A stretch of 62,200 nucleotides of DNA, counting the filler. It is 5 parts of 5 records of this genome, joined end to end, with 100 filler letters (N's around TTAATTAATTAA, not from the genome) between each part and the next. Parts side by side here need not be neighbours in the genome. Positions count along the whole stretch, not along the records: positions 1 to 24,275 come from SRR7504441_7495; 4 more parts are not named here. One strand, given 5' to 3'. Shown here one piece after another: positions 1 to 13,002 of this stretch (position 1 is the first letter of the stretch; each line of letters starts with the position of its first letter). Made by a program: the position numbers and the translations under genes. The notes beneath the pieces are model-generated. The model ran no database searches, was not told the origin of the DNA, and worked only from the letters and a program-made list of their open reading frames with translations.

Positions 1-91
1 GTCCATTGCTCACCACCATTTGGTGTGATATTATAATATATATTTTCATGATTGCACTCGATCGACTAGGGTCGGAAACAAAGCCTCGGAC

Positions 92-1171
92 TCAGCCCGG
101 GCCGGTATCTCGAACGGGTTCATCATCAGTCTGCTCGCTCTCACTACCCTCCGCCGCCACGTCAACGACCGGCTCACTCTCCTGCTCCTCCCCGCCAAAC
201 TCCACCCCGACATGGTACTCGCTCACCTTCACACAATGATCTAGGAACACCTGCTCGCTGTGCTTGTACTTCATAACATTGCAGTCCCCGCAGCATGAGA
301 CCACTGTTTCCACCGAGTACACCCGGTCGTCGCTGTCGAGCCGATCAAGTCCGTTATAATGCGGTTTGCTTGGTTCGGCCCGCTTCCCACAGTAGTGGCA
401 CGGCCGCCCTGTGATTTCCCGGAACTGCTCGTTTGTCAGAGCGTGTGTCTTAGTATGGGTCGAGCTCTGTGTGATGTAGCTCGATCGCGACCGCTTGCTC
501 ACGTTATCCCGAAACCGATCCGGATACCGGCCATAGTCTCCCGCGCACCGGTGCGTCGCGATCGTCCTGGCGGCCTCCACGAACCCAGCCACTGTACGCG
601 CGCCCTTCATCAGGTTGCACCGGGCGCAGGCCGTCGCCAAGTTGGCCTCCACGAACGGGCCCATGAATGCTTTCACTGCCGCCGCCCGGGATGCTTCCAT
701 CTCGGCCGGCCAAACCCGCAGCCTGGTGAGCCCGTTCCCGTTCTGGTCGGCCGGGGCACCGCACAACGTGCATGGACGCCGCATCAGCTCAGTGGCCCGG
801 TGATCGGACAGCCCGAACGGCACGTTCTGCTCCTTGGCCACTCGCTTGTACCCCTTGAGCCGGGTGAGGTGCGGCAGCGCGGTCAGGCTGGCTGGGCTGC
901 TCTTGGGCTTGGCCTGGGTCATCGGCCGCCTGCAGCGGGAGCACACCACCTCGGACCGGACGGCTGGCGCCTCCGACGGCCGGCCGGCCGCAGAACAGGC
1001 AGGCCTGAAGAAGCTGGACAGCGCGGACTGCCGGCTGGCGCTTGGGGCCCGCCTACAGCTGAAGCAGAGCACCTCCACCGTCCCGTCCGGCTGCTGCTGG
1101 GCCTGCCGGTACTTGCCGGCCGGCCTGGCTCGCTTCGCCGGCGTCTGGACGGCTCCCCGCCCCCGAGGCAT
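92..1171 (-). CDS. Tandem His-Me-finger (HNH-like) zinc-binding domain protein of the giant-virus/phage type, with a PIP box
   Basis: Two repeats of CxxC...NGL[T/D]R...CxxCNxMK (PCTLCG..NGLTRL..CARCNLMK; PCHYCG..NGLDRLDS..CCGDCNVMK). QSALSSFF at 1030-1007. First ATG at 1171. Confidence 0.7.
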   Translation of the reverse strand: MPRGRGAVQTPAKRARPAGKYRQAQQQPDGTVEVLCFSCRRAPSASRQSALSSFFRPACSAAGRPSEAPAVRSEVVCSRCRRPMTQAKPKSSPASLTALPHLTRLKGYKRVAKEQNVPFGLSDHRATELMRRPCTLCGAPADQNGNGLTRLRVWPAEMEASRAAAVKAFMGPFVEANLATACARCNLMKGARTVAGFVEAARTIATHRCAGDYGRYPDRFRDNVSKRSRSSYITQSSTHTKTHALTNEQFREITGRPCHYCGKRAEPSKPHYNGLDRLDSDDRVYSVETVVSCCGDCNVMKYKHSEQVFLDHCVKVSEYHVGVEFGGEEQESEPVVDVAAEGSESEQTDDEPVRDTGPG

Positions 1172-1550
1172 GCAACGACTTATCGCGGCATAGGTGCTGA
1201 CCGGGTGCGTGGACCCGCCTGGACCGGACACAATCTCCTTGTGGACTGGCGGCCTGCGAACAGGTCTACTGTAGGAACACGTCTGGCGCTGCTCTGTCCA
1301 GCCTTGCCGTCGATACCGTAACCGGTCGCATGTCAGCTAGATGGACCCTACACAACGCTCCTCGCTGGGCCTCGCTCTAGAAGGCGAAAGCAATTAATTA
1401 GCTAGGCGAAAGGCTTAATGCGTGTGCTCCACCGGCTCCTCTGAGCGGAGCACTTGCAGATTCTAATGTTTTATTTTTAGTGAACTATTTGACTTGCTAA
1501 TGGAAATATTTACAGGTGTTGTCATTGTTTGCTGATGAAAGTGGACAGAG

Positions 1551-1841
1551 CTAGTGGATAGTACCGGCCAACAAGCTTTGCAGCGCCTCGGCCCACTGGT
1601 CCTTAGCACGCTCAGAAATAGCCTCAAATACGACTCTTTTATCTTCCCAGGTCTGAGGGCACTTCGAGTCAATGGCAAATGACAACTGACTTCGCGCCTC
1701 TGCAAAGCAGCAGACTCAGAGCTCTGCAGTTGTGGGATCGAGCAAGCATGCAGCCTGACCTCTTAAGACAGCTGTCTCGTCAATTTTAAATATGTTTGCG
1801 GGGCGGACGACGTCTCGATGTTCATCACCAACAACGTGTTG
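1551..1841 (-). CDS. Two terminal exons (1841-1760, 1699-1551) encoding the C-terminal half of a PH domain; upstream part not found
   Basis: Spliced read QHVVGDEHRDVVRPANIFKIDETAVLR/EARSQLSFAIDSKCPQTWEDKRVVFEAISERAKDQWAEALQSLLAGTIH*. The 60-nt GT-AG intron contains an in-frame stop. PH-type F-x-A-x-S...W helix. Confidence 0.65.
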
Positions 1842-1900
1842 CTACCGAGGCTGTAAAGGACGAAAGTTCAACAGGTCGAAGCTTGCTAGGATTTGCGCAG

Positions 1901-2050
1901 GCAGACGATCCAGAAGAGCTCCCATCGATTACTGCTGGTGTGCTTGGAGCCGTCTGCATGTGTATTTCAATCGCTGCACGGCACTACGGTATGCGAGAGG
2001 CAATGGTGGAAGACAATCTCATCACAAAGCTGTTGAATCTTCTGCAAAAG
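1901..2050 (+). CDS. Isolated 150-nt armadillo-repeat exon, antisense to its neighbours
   Basis: Acceptor tttgcgcag| and donor AAG|gttagt, phase 0-0. Encodes ADDPEELPSITAGVLGAVCMCISIAARHYGMREAMVEDNLITKLLNLLQK (ARM H3-H1-H2 pattern). Confidence 0.55.
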
Positions 2051-2125
2051 GTTAGTGACTATCGGACAGTCACGCTGCATGTGATGGATGCATTGGCTAC
2101 AGGATAGTGGAAAGGGGCTGCTCAC

Positions 2126-2920
2126 CGATTCGTCAAGGAGCAGATCCTGAACCTTGGAGCATGTCGCGAGCGTAGCAATGACTTCACTTGCAGCTGCATG
2201 AATGTTGGATCTGGACTTGTCCTTCAATAAAGCAAGCATTGCATGGTGTATCTGCTTATCGACAATCAAATCATGGAATTCAGGATTTTGACAGACGCCA
2301 TTGATGGTGTGGATTGACTCAATTTGACAAACCCCTATACCGTTTTGAATAGTGTCAATGACTGGTTTCAATGCATTCTCAACAATCGGGGTGTGAAAAA
2401 TTTCGTTCTGTGATAGGACTGCCATTGCTGTGCATGCAGCCGCCTGAATCTCAGTATCATCGTGGCAGATAAGAGAAAGCAGTGCAGCAAACCCTCCATC
2501 CTCAAGCATGCGTTCAAAGCTTATTTTGTATAAGCAGAAGTTTGCCAGGGCATGGACTGTATGAGACTGCACCTCAAGATCATCACAGAGAATGTACTGG
2601 GAAAAGAGCTGGATACCGCCAAATTGAATAATTTTCCCCATGAGAACCGGGTCTTGGCAGAGATTTCGCATTGCACGTACAGTTTCTCGAAGTATTGTAG
2701 TGTCTTCTGTTGAACTCAGCCCATCAAGCGCCTCCAGGCCACCATGCCGAGCAATTGACACGCGATACCTGTCTGTGGCTAGCTCCCGAGTGTGTAATGT
2801 TAGGCGTGTCCACAAGAACTGAAGACCATCCGTGCTTGGGCGCGGATGGCACGCATTGCCTGATGGTGCCAAAGAGTTCGATAAAGTCCATGTCACACAA
2901 AAAAGATAAAGTGCCACCAG
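2126..2920 (-). CDS. Armadillo-repeat protein fragment (Vac8-like); 5' end unresolved
   Basis: Repeats such as RVSIARHGGLEAL, KIIQFGGIQLF, RMLEDGGFAALLSLI, EIQAAACTAMAVLS. Ends at donor TCG|gtgagc (2125). Confidence 0.75.
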
Positions 2921-3036
2921 GATGCTCAGCTGGTGCATTCCGGCAGGCCTCACCACTGGCAATGCCTTGTTTCGCTGCAGCTCCAACAACAACAACAAGC
3001 ACACACAGCAGGCACAGCAGAGAGCGGCGTGGGGGG

Positions 3037-3942
3037 ATGAGGCATTCGCGGGGGCCTGTGCACGGGCGCCCGACCCGGAACGCCCCAGTGCACCGGTTCG
3101 AGTTGCACGCACTGGCGGGCCAGCTTCCGGTGCTGACCGACTACCTGGAGCTCCAAAAGCTGGTCGGCCGGGCCCTGTCCAGCGGGGAGGAGCTGGTTGG
3201 ATGCGTCGACCCGGTGCTCGGCGGGGTGGCTGTCACCCGTGCCCACGCGCTGCCCCCACGGCTGAGCTTTGGTGAGCACCAGCACCCGATCTTGAACGGC
3301 CCCGAGGAGCTGGGCCGGTTGGCCCGGCTAGCCCGGCCGCTGGTGGCCTGCGCTGACCCCGGACAGAACGGGCTGTGGATCTCGCCCCTGACCGACGTGA
3401 GCTCGGTCGAAGTGAGCACGCTCACCACGCTCGACCAGATGCTCGACTGCGCCGGCACGCTGCGCGGGGCTCGAGCCCTGACGGACGGCGAGACGCCGGT
3501 GCTGGGCCGGCTGGCCTATTTCATCAACTCTGAGCACGAGGAGGTGGCTTTCCGAACGGCCCAGGTGCTGGCCGCCTGCATCCAGCACTGCGACGAGATG
3601 GTCAATTCGGCGCTGCGGCTGTCGCAGCCGCTGGTCCAATCGCTCGAGATGGTGGCGAGGCCAGAGGATGCCAGCTCGGCCAGGGTGGCGGCGCTGGTCC
3701 TTCAGGTACTCAAGGCGATCCGGGCGGGTAGCGCACCGTCTGCGAGATTGGATCCGCGTACGGCGACGATGCCTGCTCTCGGAACGGTCCCGGCACACTC
3801 TCTGCTCTGGCCGACCCCGACTCATACTGTGCCCATACATGATTGCGAGTACGACAACGGCGTGCTGTGGCACGACAACAGTGTGTTGTGGTACGAGAAT
3901 CAGATGTTAAAGCGCAGACTCGGCATGACGACCGAAAGGTAG
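3037..3942 (+). CDS. Hypothetical protein with ARM/HEAT-like helical region
   Basis: GC-rich ORF from ATG 3037; LGRLAYFINSEHEEVAFRTAQVLAACIQH; followed by an AT-rich spacer. Confidence 0.55.
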   Translation: MRHSRGPVHGRPTRNAPVHRFELHALAGQLPVLTDYLELQKLVGRALSSGEELVGCVDPVLGGVAVTRAHALPPRLSFGEHQHPILNGPEELGRLARLARPLVACADPGQNGLWISPLTDVSSVEVSTLTTLDQMLDCAGTLRGARALTDGETPVLGRLAYFINSEHEEVAFRTAQVLAACIQHCDEMVNSALRLSQPLVQSLEMVARPEDASSARVAALVLQVLKAIRAGSAPSARLDPRTATMPALGTVPAHSLLWPTPTHTVPIHDCEYDNGVLWHDNSVLWYENQMLKRRLGMTTER

Positions 3943-4301
3943 AAAGAGCTAGGTCCGATTCCGCAATATCGCATATCGCTGAGCAGGCAAGTTTATGTAA
4001 TTGGGGTGGGCATTAGTACGACAAAGATATCACAATGAATGCAACCTTTATTACGATAAAAGCGATAAATGCGGTGCTCGACACACGGTGAACATGGTAA
4101 AACTCATACATCTACTCGTATAATACTTGTAAGTACATTTACAATACGATCGTGTAACCACTGCGCATCACTATACAGTACGAGTACCAGTACTCGTATA
4201 TGGATATCGATCCAGACCTCCAATTAATAAGCCTTGATAAAGCCTTGACGAAAGTATGTATCGAGTATAATCACAGCCATGTGTATTGACCTCATTCGTT
4301 A

Positions 4302-7300
4302 CTAGCTATCAGTTATGAGATGAAAGATTTCTTCATGCCGTGCTCGACTCAGCGCCCATACCAACGACTGACCCCGCATATCAGTGGTAAACACATTCGT
4401 GTCTCCTCTCGCAATCCGTACTATACCTACTGCCGCCTTATGTCCATCCATCCGCCGTTCCAATTTTAGCTGGAACGATGTTCTCTGGGCTCTAGACACA
4501 TATGGCAACCCTTGCATTCTCGTGCAGAGCCGGCGCCACCGGCCAGCGGATGGTTGCTCAGGACATACTAGTGCCAGGCGCCACGCTAGAAGCGCCCCGT
4601 CGCTGTGCCCTGTAATGATCATGTTGGACCGAAGCATCTCCCCTTGCTGAGTGGCCACCAGCGATCGGATCGGTGCATGTGACGAGAGCCGCAGCTCTGC
4701 CAATCTGGTTCCCGAGCAGTTCCACACCACAATTACATGCGCAGTCGCAGCAATAACCGCACCGCTTCCGGAACTGACTGCCACAGCCAGCACCTCGCCA
4801 CAGGCTGGCGCCACTGCGTCGCGCCACAGCATTGAGAGCGCAGACGCGCTCCATACAGCGACGCTGCCATCGGCACCACCTCCGACGATGACGGCATTGG
4901 TGCTACAGATGCAGAGGCTTGTCACCTGGGCAGTCTGTCCCGGCAAAGCGTTGGGCTCCTTGCTGAGTTCGCACCTAGGCTGCCGCCCACCCCATCGGAT
5001 TCGCCACAGCCATACGGAGTCATCCCGCCCTGCGGTCACAAAGCTCCGACCGTCATGTGCTACAGCGCAACAAGTGACGCGCTCGTGCGGCGATACTGAC
5101 CATGCGAGGACAGCACGACTGCTGTTGAGGGCTATGATCCTCAACGAGCGATCCAATTGACCATAGTCCACAAAGGTCTGAACAGCGCCAGAAGGCAGTG
5201 CAATACAGCCCCGCCCAAGAGCCATCACCGAATGGCCCTTGGCTTCAACGATGTCGCCTATTGCTAGGCCGTTCCCGAGCTGTGCGAGTTGCTGTGGCTC
5301 GTACGACGATGGATCGAACACCACCACGTCGGCAAACAGCTTGCCTTGCACCGGATGCTCTTGTCCAAAAAGCTGAGTTGGGGTTTGCCCGAAGTTGATG
5401 AGCTGGGACACGGTGGCTTGCTTTGCTACTGCATCAGTGATTGCGTCAATGTCGGTTGCTCCATTGTACGTCAGGTAATGGAACACATTCACTGCTTCAA
5501 CTGCTTCTGGTCCCTGCTGGCGAGCTCCAAATATCAGGTCAATCCAGCGATGTAGATGCTCCGATACAAACTTGCTCTCCAGCGCTTCGCGGTGTATCTC
5601 GACAAAAGCATGTGGCGAGCCAAATGACCAGGGCGGCAGATCAACTTCATCTGGCTTCTGGAGCTTGCCACATGAGTCATCCACTCCAAAGTCTTCTCTG
5701 TTGGCGTTGACAAGGATCTCTGGCAAGTAAAAGAACTCAGGGGTTAGCTCTTTAACGTCGGATATGTTTTCTAATGCACAAGAATTCCAAGTGTCAGACA
5801 TCGAGGAGAACATCCGTCGGGCATCAAACCGACCCCCTTGGAAGCTCAAAAAGTCGCTAGTGAATGGTTCCAGCCGAATCAGGTAGAAGAGCGTGGCTCC
5901 AACCGACGAGTAATGAGTACCGAAGTGGAATTGGTGAATCACCCCCCTCTCATCCTCCTGCTGAATCTCATCGAACCGCTCTCGGACCTTCTGTTCCATA
6001 TCTTGGTTCTGGCAGCCGATGGGCTTAGTGAGATCCCTAAAAGATAGGGGGCTGGAGAGGTCAAGAACATCCGAAGTCCAGTCCGCAACCACCCATGGCA
6101 TCACTGGGTACTGAGTCAAGTCATTGCTACTCCTCCCAGCCAGTGTGTTGAGGCGGAGCAAGTAGGCTAAGTTGCTCACTTCACCAGCTTGCCAACGCTG
6201 CGTCAATTCTGCCATGTATGTGATCAACCGTTGTCCTACTGTGGCGTCAGGCTCCATGTCCTCGACGTATGCATGCGAAGTGAGCTGAGGCAGGGGCAGT
6301 TGCCTAACAAGAGTCCACACTTCATCAAAAATTGCTCGTGGAAAAACAAACAAAGCAGTTTCGTGATCGGTGAAGCAGAATTCCAGACCCACAATTCTCT
6401 GTAGATAGCGTCTTCGGAAGAGCTGGGCCACAGATGTATAATGCCAGAGGAGCAGCGAGTGGTGCCGATCTTCCCTAGCAATTTCTTCGTCGAAATTCTC
6501 CACAACTTCACCATCTGGGTTTAAGAAGAACCCGGTAGCAAATGCAATCGCGTCGTCGCACAGAACAAAAACACCGTCAGATGTGCGCAAACCACATAGC
6601 TGCTGAGCGTTGAAGCACGATGAAATCTTGTGATCTCGGAAGAGGACGCCGAATATTTCATCGTGCGCTAGCTCATAACACTGCTCTGGCATCACGTCTT
6701 CGGCCTCAGCTCCAGGGTCGACATTCTTAAGCATCGATTCGAGAGCTGCTTGGGTGCACGGCGGCCGGTCCTCCCGGGACAGAGTGGGTGTGCTTCTTAT
6801 AGGTTGCATTGCTGCCATCCTCCGCATACGAAGAGGCCCCTCAAGTGTAAGCTGGGTATATTTACACTTGGAGGCTTCCGGTGCGGAGCCTGCAGAACTG
6901 AACTCTCTCCGCTTTGTCAACCTCCACTCCCATACCGCTTCTGACAGTTTAAAGGACCGCAATCCTGCTTGTCGTGCTAAAGAGGCTTCAATCTCATCAG
7001 CATGATCTCGCATCAGCTGATTGTACAGCTTGTCGCCCCATTGACTGGAGAGCTCCTTGCATACCTGCATTGTTCGTTTGCGTGAGCTCATCCGATTTGC
7101 ATTATTGGAGCCAAAATGCTTGCATTGCTCATGAAGACCCTCTTTCTCTCGGGCCATCGCCATCTGGACATATTCCCCGCATGTAACGTTGAAGACATCT
7201 TCCACCACTCCAATCTGGTCTGCCACCCAAAAATGGAACATGTTGGTATCTTTGTGATAGAGCTGATGGAAACCTTGTGTGAGCAGATCACAGTGTGTGC

Positions 7301-10300
7301 CATTTGGAAGGGTGCATATCAACAGCGACGAAAACTCTTGCTGGAATGTGAGAAGCATCAACTTTGCCAGCCCAGTGGCCCAGTCTCGCAGCATGGCATC
7401 ATCACTCACAATGAAGCGACGCACGGATCCCCAGAGCAAGCAAGCAAGGTACTCGATGTCGGTGCCTTCACAGGTTGCATGGTCACAGACGATCAGCGAA
7501 GCATTATCCATCAAAAATCGCAGGGGTTCCTTCACAGATTGCGGGTTCTGAGACTGCAATGTTATCATCAGCACTGCTCGCTTCAAGCACTGCCAAGTCA
7601 GCTTGTTCGCAACTGAGCGAGGCGACGCCGGGAGCGGCCCTCGCAGCTTTTGCATGGAAGAAACGACTCCAGACATGAACCCTGCGATTGTCCTAGGCGT
7701 CTCGGGTTTGTCTTGTACAGGCTTATGGGTCGTCTTGGCGCGCAGTGTCAATAGTCTGAGCACATGGACCTCACCAGAAATCAGGAGACCCTGTCTCATT
7801 CGGTCCATGGAGCATTCACAGAGCGTAATCACATCGAGTGCCGCATAGCCTTCAGACTTCGACTCCAAGCAAGCGGCGAGCTCTTCTAGCAAGCAAATCA
7901 AGAGGGCAGACTGCCATGCAGCAGCAGCTTCCAGGTTGATACCACCCCCAAAAGCATTTAGTGTGTAGTCCAGAACCTCTCTCACGCTTCCTCGAGCAGT
8001 CTGTGTCTGACCAAGTGCTCGGACCAGTGCAGTCACAATGAGTTTAAAGATCAGCTGCTTTCTGATACTCTGTCCCATTTCAGCCTGACGTTCCAAATCA
8101 ACAGCCTCGGGGCTTAAAGTGAGTGAATCCATGTCAAGAGCTGTATCGTCTGGAGATAAATCCTCAGTGACCTGTACTAGACCTGCTTGCGTTAGAATGA
8201 GCTCAATCAATCTAGTGCAAATGTCCTTCCTCAGAAAGTACCTCCAGAACTCGGGCCAGCCCCTGGCCCAACTGTCTATAAATGCAGTTACTCTTCCTAC
8301 CAGAAGCTGAGCCTCTGGCTTAGTATCTGCATGTAGTGAAGCAATTCGGAGCATCGCCAAGATGACAACCAGAGCTTCTGGTGCCTTGAGTGTGTGTCCA
8401 AGGATCTCACCTGATTGGTTCTCTGTTAGAGTGTCGAATATTGAAGTGTCACGAATCGCTTGTGATTCGCCGCACATCCAGACTAGCAGCACATTGTATG
8501 CGCCGTCGACATCCCAATTTTCTTGCATCAAAGATAGCAGAATGACGAAGCCATTGACTTCTGAACTTCTGAATTGCCTGCAGGCATGAACAACCTTAGT
8601 ACGCTTGCAATGCCAGTAGGAGAGCTTACCGTGCAAATTCAGCGTCCGCTACGAAAAACAGCGCTAGCAGAGCCAATGCCGCCAACTTTACTTGTGCAGG
8701 GAGGGAGGGCACAAGCAACGCAAGCAATTTGTTTTGGTCCAGAGTTTGCATGAGGTTTGATCGAGTGACAGCGTGGGTGTTGCCATTCGAGAACAGTCTG
8801 TGAAAGCTTCTTAACACTGCAGCGGCGAAAGTGCCATCTGGAGTTTGTTTTGGCGGAGTACTGAGCGATGCGAAAACTGCAGCCATAAGCCTGCTGTGCT
8901 CCTGTGCAGATCTTGATGTCAGAACTATCTGCACAATTACCTCCATGGCAGGATGCAGGAGGTTTGGACTAGCCCGAAGCACGAATTCGAGCGCAAAGTT
9001 AAGAATGGCATAACGTAAATGCTGTTCTGCTTTTGATTCATTCGAATTGCATAGAGGTCCAACGGCCACCTTTGAAAGGTGCGATAGTTGCATCATGTGA
9101 CAGTCAGGGGTTCTCGCACTTGGGTCTGTACACGGAATCAAGAGGTTGACAACTGTGCTGTGGTGTAAATTTGCCATCCGGCCAGCACAATCCGAGACTT
9201 CAGCAGTGAATAGACTTGGATGGCTGGACAAAAATGCCGCAAGGAGTATGTATCCACCTGAGTCGTTCATCCATGACTGATGCACCTCTGATTTCCGGAC
9301 TGACTGCTCAAGGGCTTGCATAACAAGCACTAGATCTTCTGAATTCTCGGCAGTGACAGCCAGCTCTAAAACCAGGTCAAGGGACATGGCACGCTGCAGA
9401 AGCGAATGGATGTTGAGAGGCTTGATGGCATAGATGTTTCCTGGTGCAAGCGGTGCCAAAGGTTGTCCATTTTTGGCTGCGATGTTCACACAGTGCACAT
9501 GTCCGTCTGCCATGCACCGGCTATCTGCATCTACTGCCACCACCAATGCGTTTCTGTATAACACACACTGCTCGTTGTCGCCGCTTCCCGAAGAGAGCGG
9601 ACTGAGGACACACAACCGCTCAGGGCCATTATTGAACAGAAACTTGACTTGTGCCGAGGAAACCATCTGATTGTATACCAAGCACGCGCCCAGCTGCCAG
9701 CTGAAGAGCTTGTTAGGCGAGACCTGGCTGCTCTCACTGCGGCCAGCAACCATGCCACCAAAACTGACTTCAACAGAACTGGCGGCTGTCGCAGGAAGGT
9801 AGTCGGCATTCACCTGACTGACACCAACGCCATCTACAAAAAGCTTCACTTGATTCTCTACTTCATGAATAACAACTAAATTGACCCACTGGTCTGCTGG
9901 TATAGAGGTGTTATCAAACTTGGCGACCACTGTTCCAGGGCGCCTTTCGCCGTTTGATTCTGAGAACTTGATAACTGCAGACAACATGCTGCCATCGAGC
10001 TGCAACAAAATCATTAGATGCGTGCTATGAAGGCATTTACCTGGATCTCGAAGCAAACCCCAGCTGAAGATACAGAGACGAGCTTCAACACCTGCGACGA
10101 GGCTGCACATATTTGGTCAGCAACATCTTTCTATACGGCCATTCACCTGAAGTGGAGCCGCTGGCTGGAGTTCTACACCAGCAAATGATACTTAATCCTT
10201 CATTCGACGGCCACAGGCAATCCGCAACAGCTGAGAATCGCATATATGCATCTGAGCCTTCAAATACAAGCGATGGGTAGCACGGTGTCCCTGAGGTCAT

Positions 10301-12900
10301 CAGGTCTCTCAGCAGAGGGGCAAAGATCCGCCTATTGGATCGTGCCGCTGCAAGTAATTCATACAGCTCGGGCTGTGACAGCCGATGTGAAGCAAGCATG
10401 CTCATGAGCTCAACAGCCTTGGACAACACCTCATCTGAGCAAGTGCCCTGACTTGCCCATTTCAACAGAGCACTAAACATGGGCACTGAAGTCAGAAGCT
10501 GCAGGTTGTAGAGCCCCTCATCAGCCCAGGAAATGAGCTGAGCTACAATTCCTGCAGCCAAAGTGAACACGGCAGCATGGCAGGTCATGGCACCTGTCTG
10601 TTCTTCTGCCCTCAGCAAACTCATGACATGCACCACAAACAGAGTAGAGTTGATCGCCTGATTGCTGGGCGGTCCCATCATGCAACTCACAAATACGTGT
10701 TGAAGTTCAGAGTCACAGCCATCGCCGAGTACTTTGGACGCCTTTAATGCCTCGACGATCTGCACATACTCTGGTCCCTCTGGATATAAGAGAGGGCTTG
10801 CTGGATTTTTGGAGATGAGAGCGGAGATCAACCCAAACATCATCTCAGCAGTTTCAGCAGACAAGCAGCTCTGCAATAGCTTGTGCAAGAGGAGGTCGCT
10901 GCGCCCAGTCCAAAAGGCAGCCTGGCTGCGGCTGTTTTGGTTCAAGAAACTAGTAGTGGAGCTGATCAGTTGCTGTGCGCACAAGTCATCTTGGCTGGCC
11001 AAAAGCCTGTGGAGTGCATTGCGGAGAGCAAATCTGATAGCACACTTCGTCCAAACAAGTGATGGCTCCCAGCTGCCATGAGAGGAGGCTGCAGCTACTG
11101 TGTGCAGTACAGACATGCTCTGGGTTGCGATTGCTGGTGGAAGTTCAGGGACATCCAACAGTCTCGAAAGGGTGAGCAGCAATTGACTCTCCATCAGCTG
11201 AGTGCAAGACGGTAGGTCCACCACAGCAATCACTTCGATGCACTTGAGAATGCTGCCATAAGCCCCGCTGGAATCGATTGGAGCGGGAAGCAGAAGCTGG
11301 AGTAGCGCCAGCAATCGGTCTGGTCCACCCACCTTTGCAATCTCTTGGCAGGCGACCAGTGAGCCGCTGTCCTCCACAAGAGAGGCCAGCGTAGCCATCA
11401 CCAGCACAGAGGCTCGGTCGTGCGGGGAGGCCTCCACCAGAGCCAGCATCTCCTCAAAGCAGCATATCGGCTGGTTATCAGTTCCAAACAATTGCGCAAA
11501 GTCAACCCAAATCGAGTGCACAACCCCTAGGAAAGTCGGGTAAAGCTCAGCCGGGAGCAGTCGCAGCCGCGGCATCAGCCGCCCGAGCCCCACGGAGCGG
11601 CAGCAGACCACCACCTGCGCGCCATAGAGCTTCACTAGCTGCTGGAGCGCTGCAGACTGCAGCCACGCATCCTCGGCCTCAAAACTTATGTCAATCAAGA
11701 GCTGCATCGCCCCAGGGTTGAGCAGCACCTCCTTGTCGCGCCCGGTGCTCGGGTCCAGCTCCCGCTTAGTCACTAGCGCAAACTCCCGCGTCATGTGCAG
11801 CAGAAACGTCACCTAGCCCCGCATTGGCCCGTGCCCGTGAATGGGCCGCACCTCTGCGCTCTCGGGCGTCTGGCTGCAGAGCCACTGGAGCGTGTTCTGG
11901 ATGCAAAGCAGTCCGTTGGCCGGCCCAATAAAGTCAGCCAGCAGCTGCGAGTTGACCCGGTCCATGATCGCCATCCCCGCGAGCACACACTTGATAGTCC
12001 CCACCATCAGCGCCGCCACCCACTCCGTTGAGGCCCCGGCCGCCCGGCACTCGCGCACCTGCGCCACCAGCGCCACCACCACCCGGTTCTGGTGCAACCA
12101 GTCGTCCACCGCTGGGTTCAGTTCGCATCGTTGAATCGCCAGCAGCAGCAAGTCTAGCGCGCCGCCGCTCTGCTGAGCCTCGGTGCTCGGACGCATCAGC
12201 AGCTCGGCCAGCGCGGGCAGGCAGTCGGAGAGCAGCATCTCGTACGCCGGGTCCTTCAGGCTCTGGCACAAATTGACCTGCCTCCGCCGTCAGCCTGGCC
12301 ACGGATGCTCGCACCAGCAGCTTGTGCAGCGCCGCACTGTCCGCCGCGCTATCTTGCGAGGGGCTGATCAGCTGGAAGAGCACCGGCAGCAGCCCGACCC
12401 GCCGGGCCACCGCCCCGAACGCCTCCCGCTCGGACACCACGTTTAGGGCCCGCAACAGCGGCCCGAATTGGTCCCGCCCGTCGGGCTGCCGGGAGAGCCG
12501 GTTGAACTCTTGGGCCAGATGGAACATCATCTCCACCCCGTTGTCCTCGAACCTGCCCCCCGGATCGCCCCCCGGTCGGCCCGGCCCTCGCACGCTAGCG
12601 TCCACGAGCCGTCGCCCAGCTGAAAGTTCTGGTCCAGCGCTTGGGCGAGTCCCCCTAGCGTCCCCCTGTGCCCCTGCCCGACCGCTGGCGCCCAGGTCGC
12701 CCCCGCCGGACCTCCGCCGAGTCGGCCGCCTGATGTACCCGCCAGCGCTCCCGAAGGTCCAGGACGGCCGGGCTCGGGCCCGCGGCGGAGTCCCCCGGGT
12801 GGGCCGGCGGCTCCTGCGGCCTCAGGATCCGGTCGAGCACCTGCGGCCGGGTCGGCGCGGGGATTGGGGCGACGGGCGCCTTGGGCACGTGGAACTCCAT
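4302..12900 (-). CDS. Large BEACH-domain protein (ARM-like region, ConA-like, PH-BEACH, WD40; WDFY3/Lvs class), multi-exon
   Basis: RWQAGEVSNLAYLLRLNTLAGRSSNDLTQYPVMPWV, FHFGTHYSS, DVKELTPEFFY, WIDLIFG, NFGQTPTQLF, then WD40 repeats. Successive ORFs are joined by short GT-AG introns near 12300, 11830, 10120, 10020 and 8600. Confidence 0.93.
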
Positions 12901-13002
12901 GGCCGCGCTCACCGCATAGCTGCCAGCAAGCCCGGGCCAGCCGTTCCTTCAACGCCGCTGAACGGCCGACAGGATCTCTCGTCGGAAGGGACGGCCAGAC
13001 GG

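Noticed and set aside
2051-2095. Short hairpins GTGACT/AGTCAC and TGCAT/ATGCA, and weak similarity to 1880-1892, as recombination or trans-splicing guides
   Set aside because: Only 5-8 bp with bulges; not distinguishable from chance by eye.
3025-3045. Second GGG-GGA-TGA-GGC (GG-U-G-like) string
   Set aside because: It overlaps the ATG of the 3037 gene, has no supported upstream frame, and I saw no SECIS.
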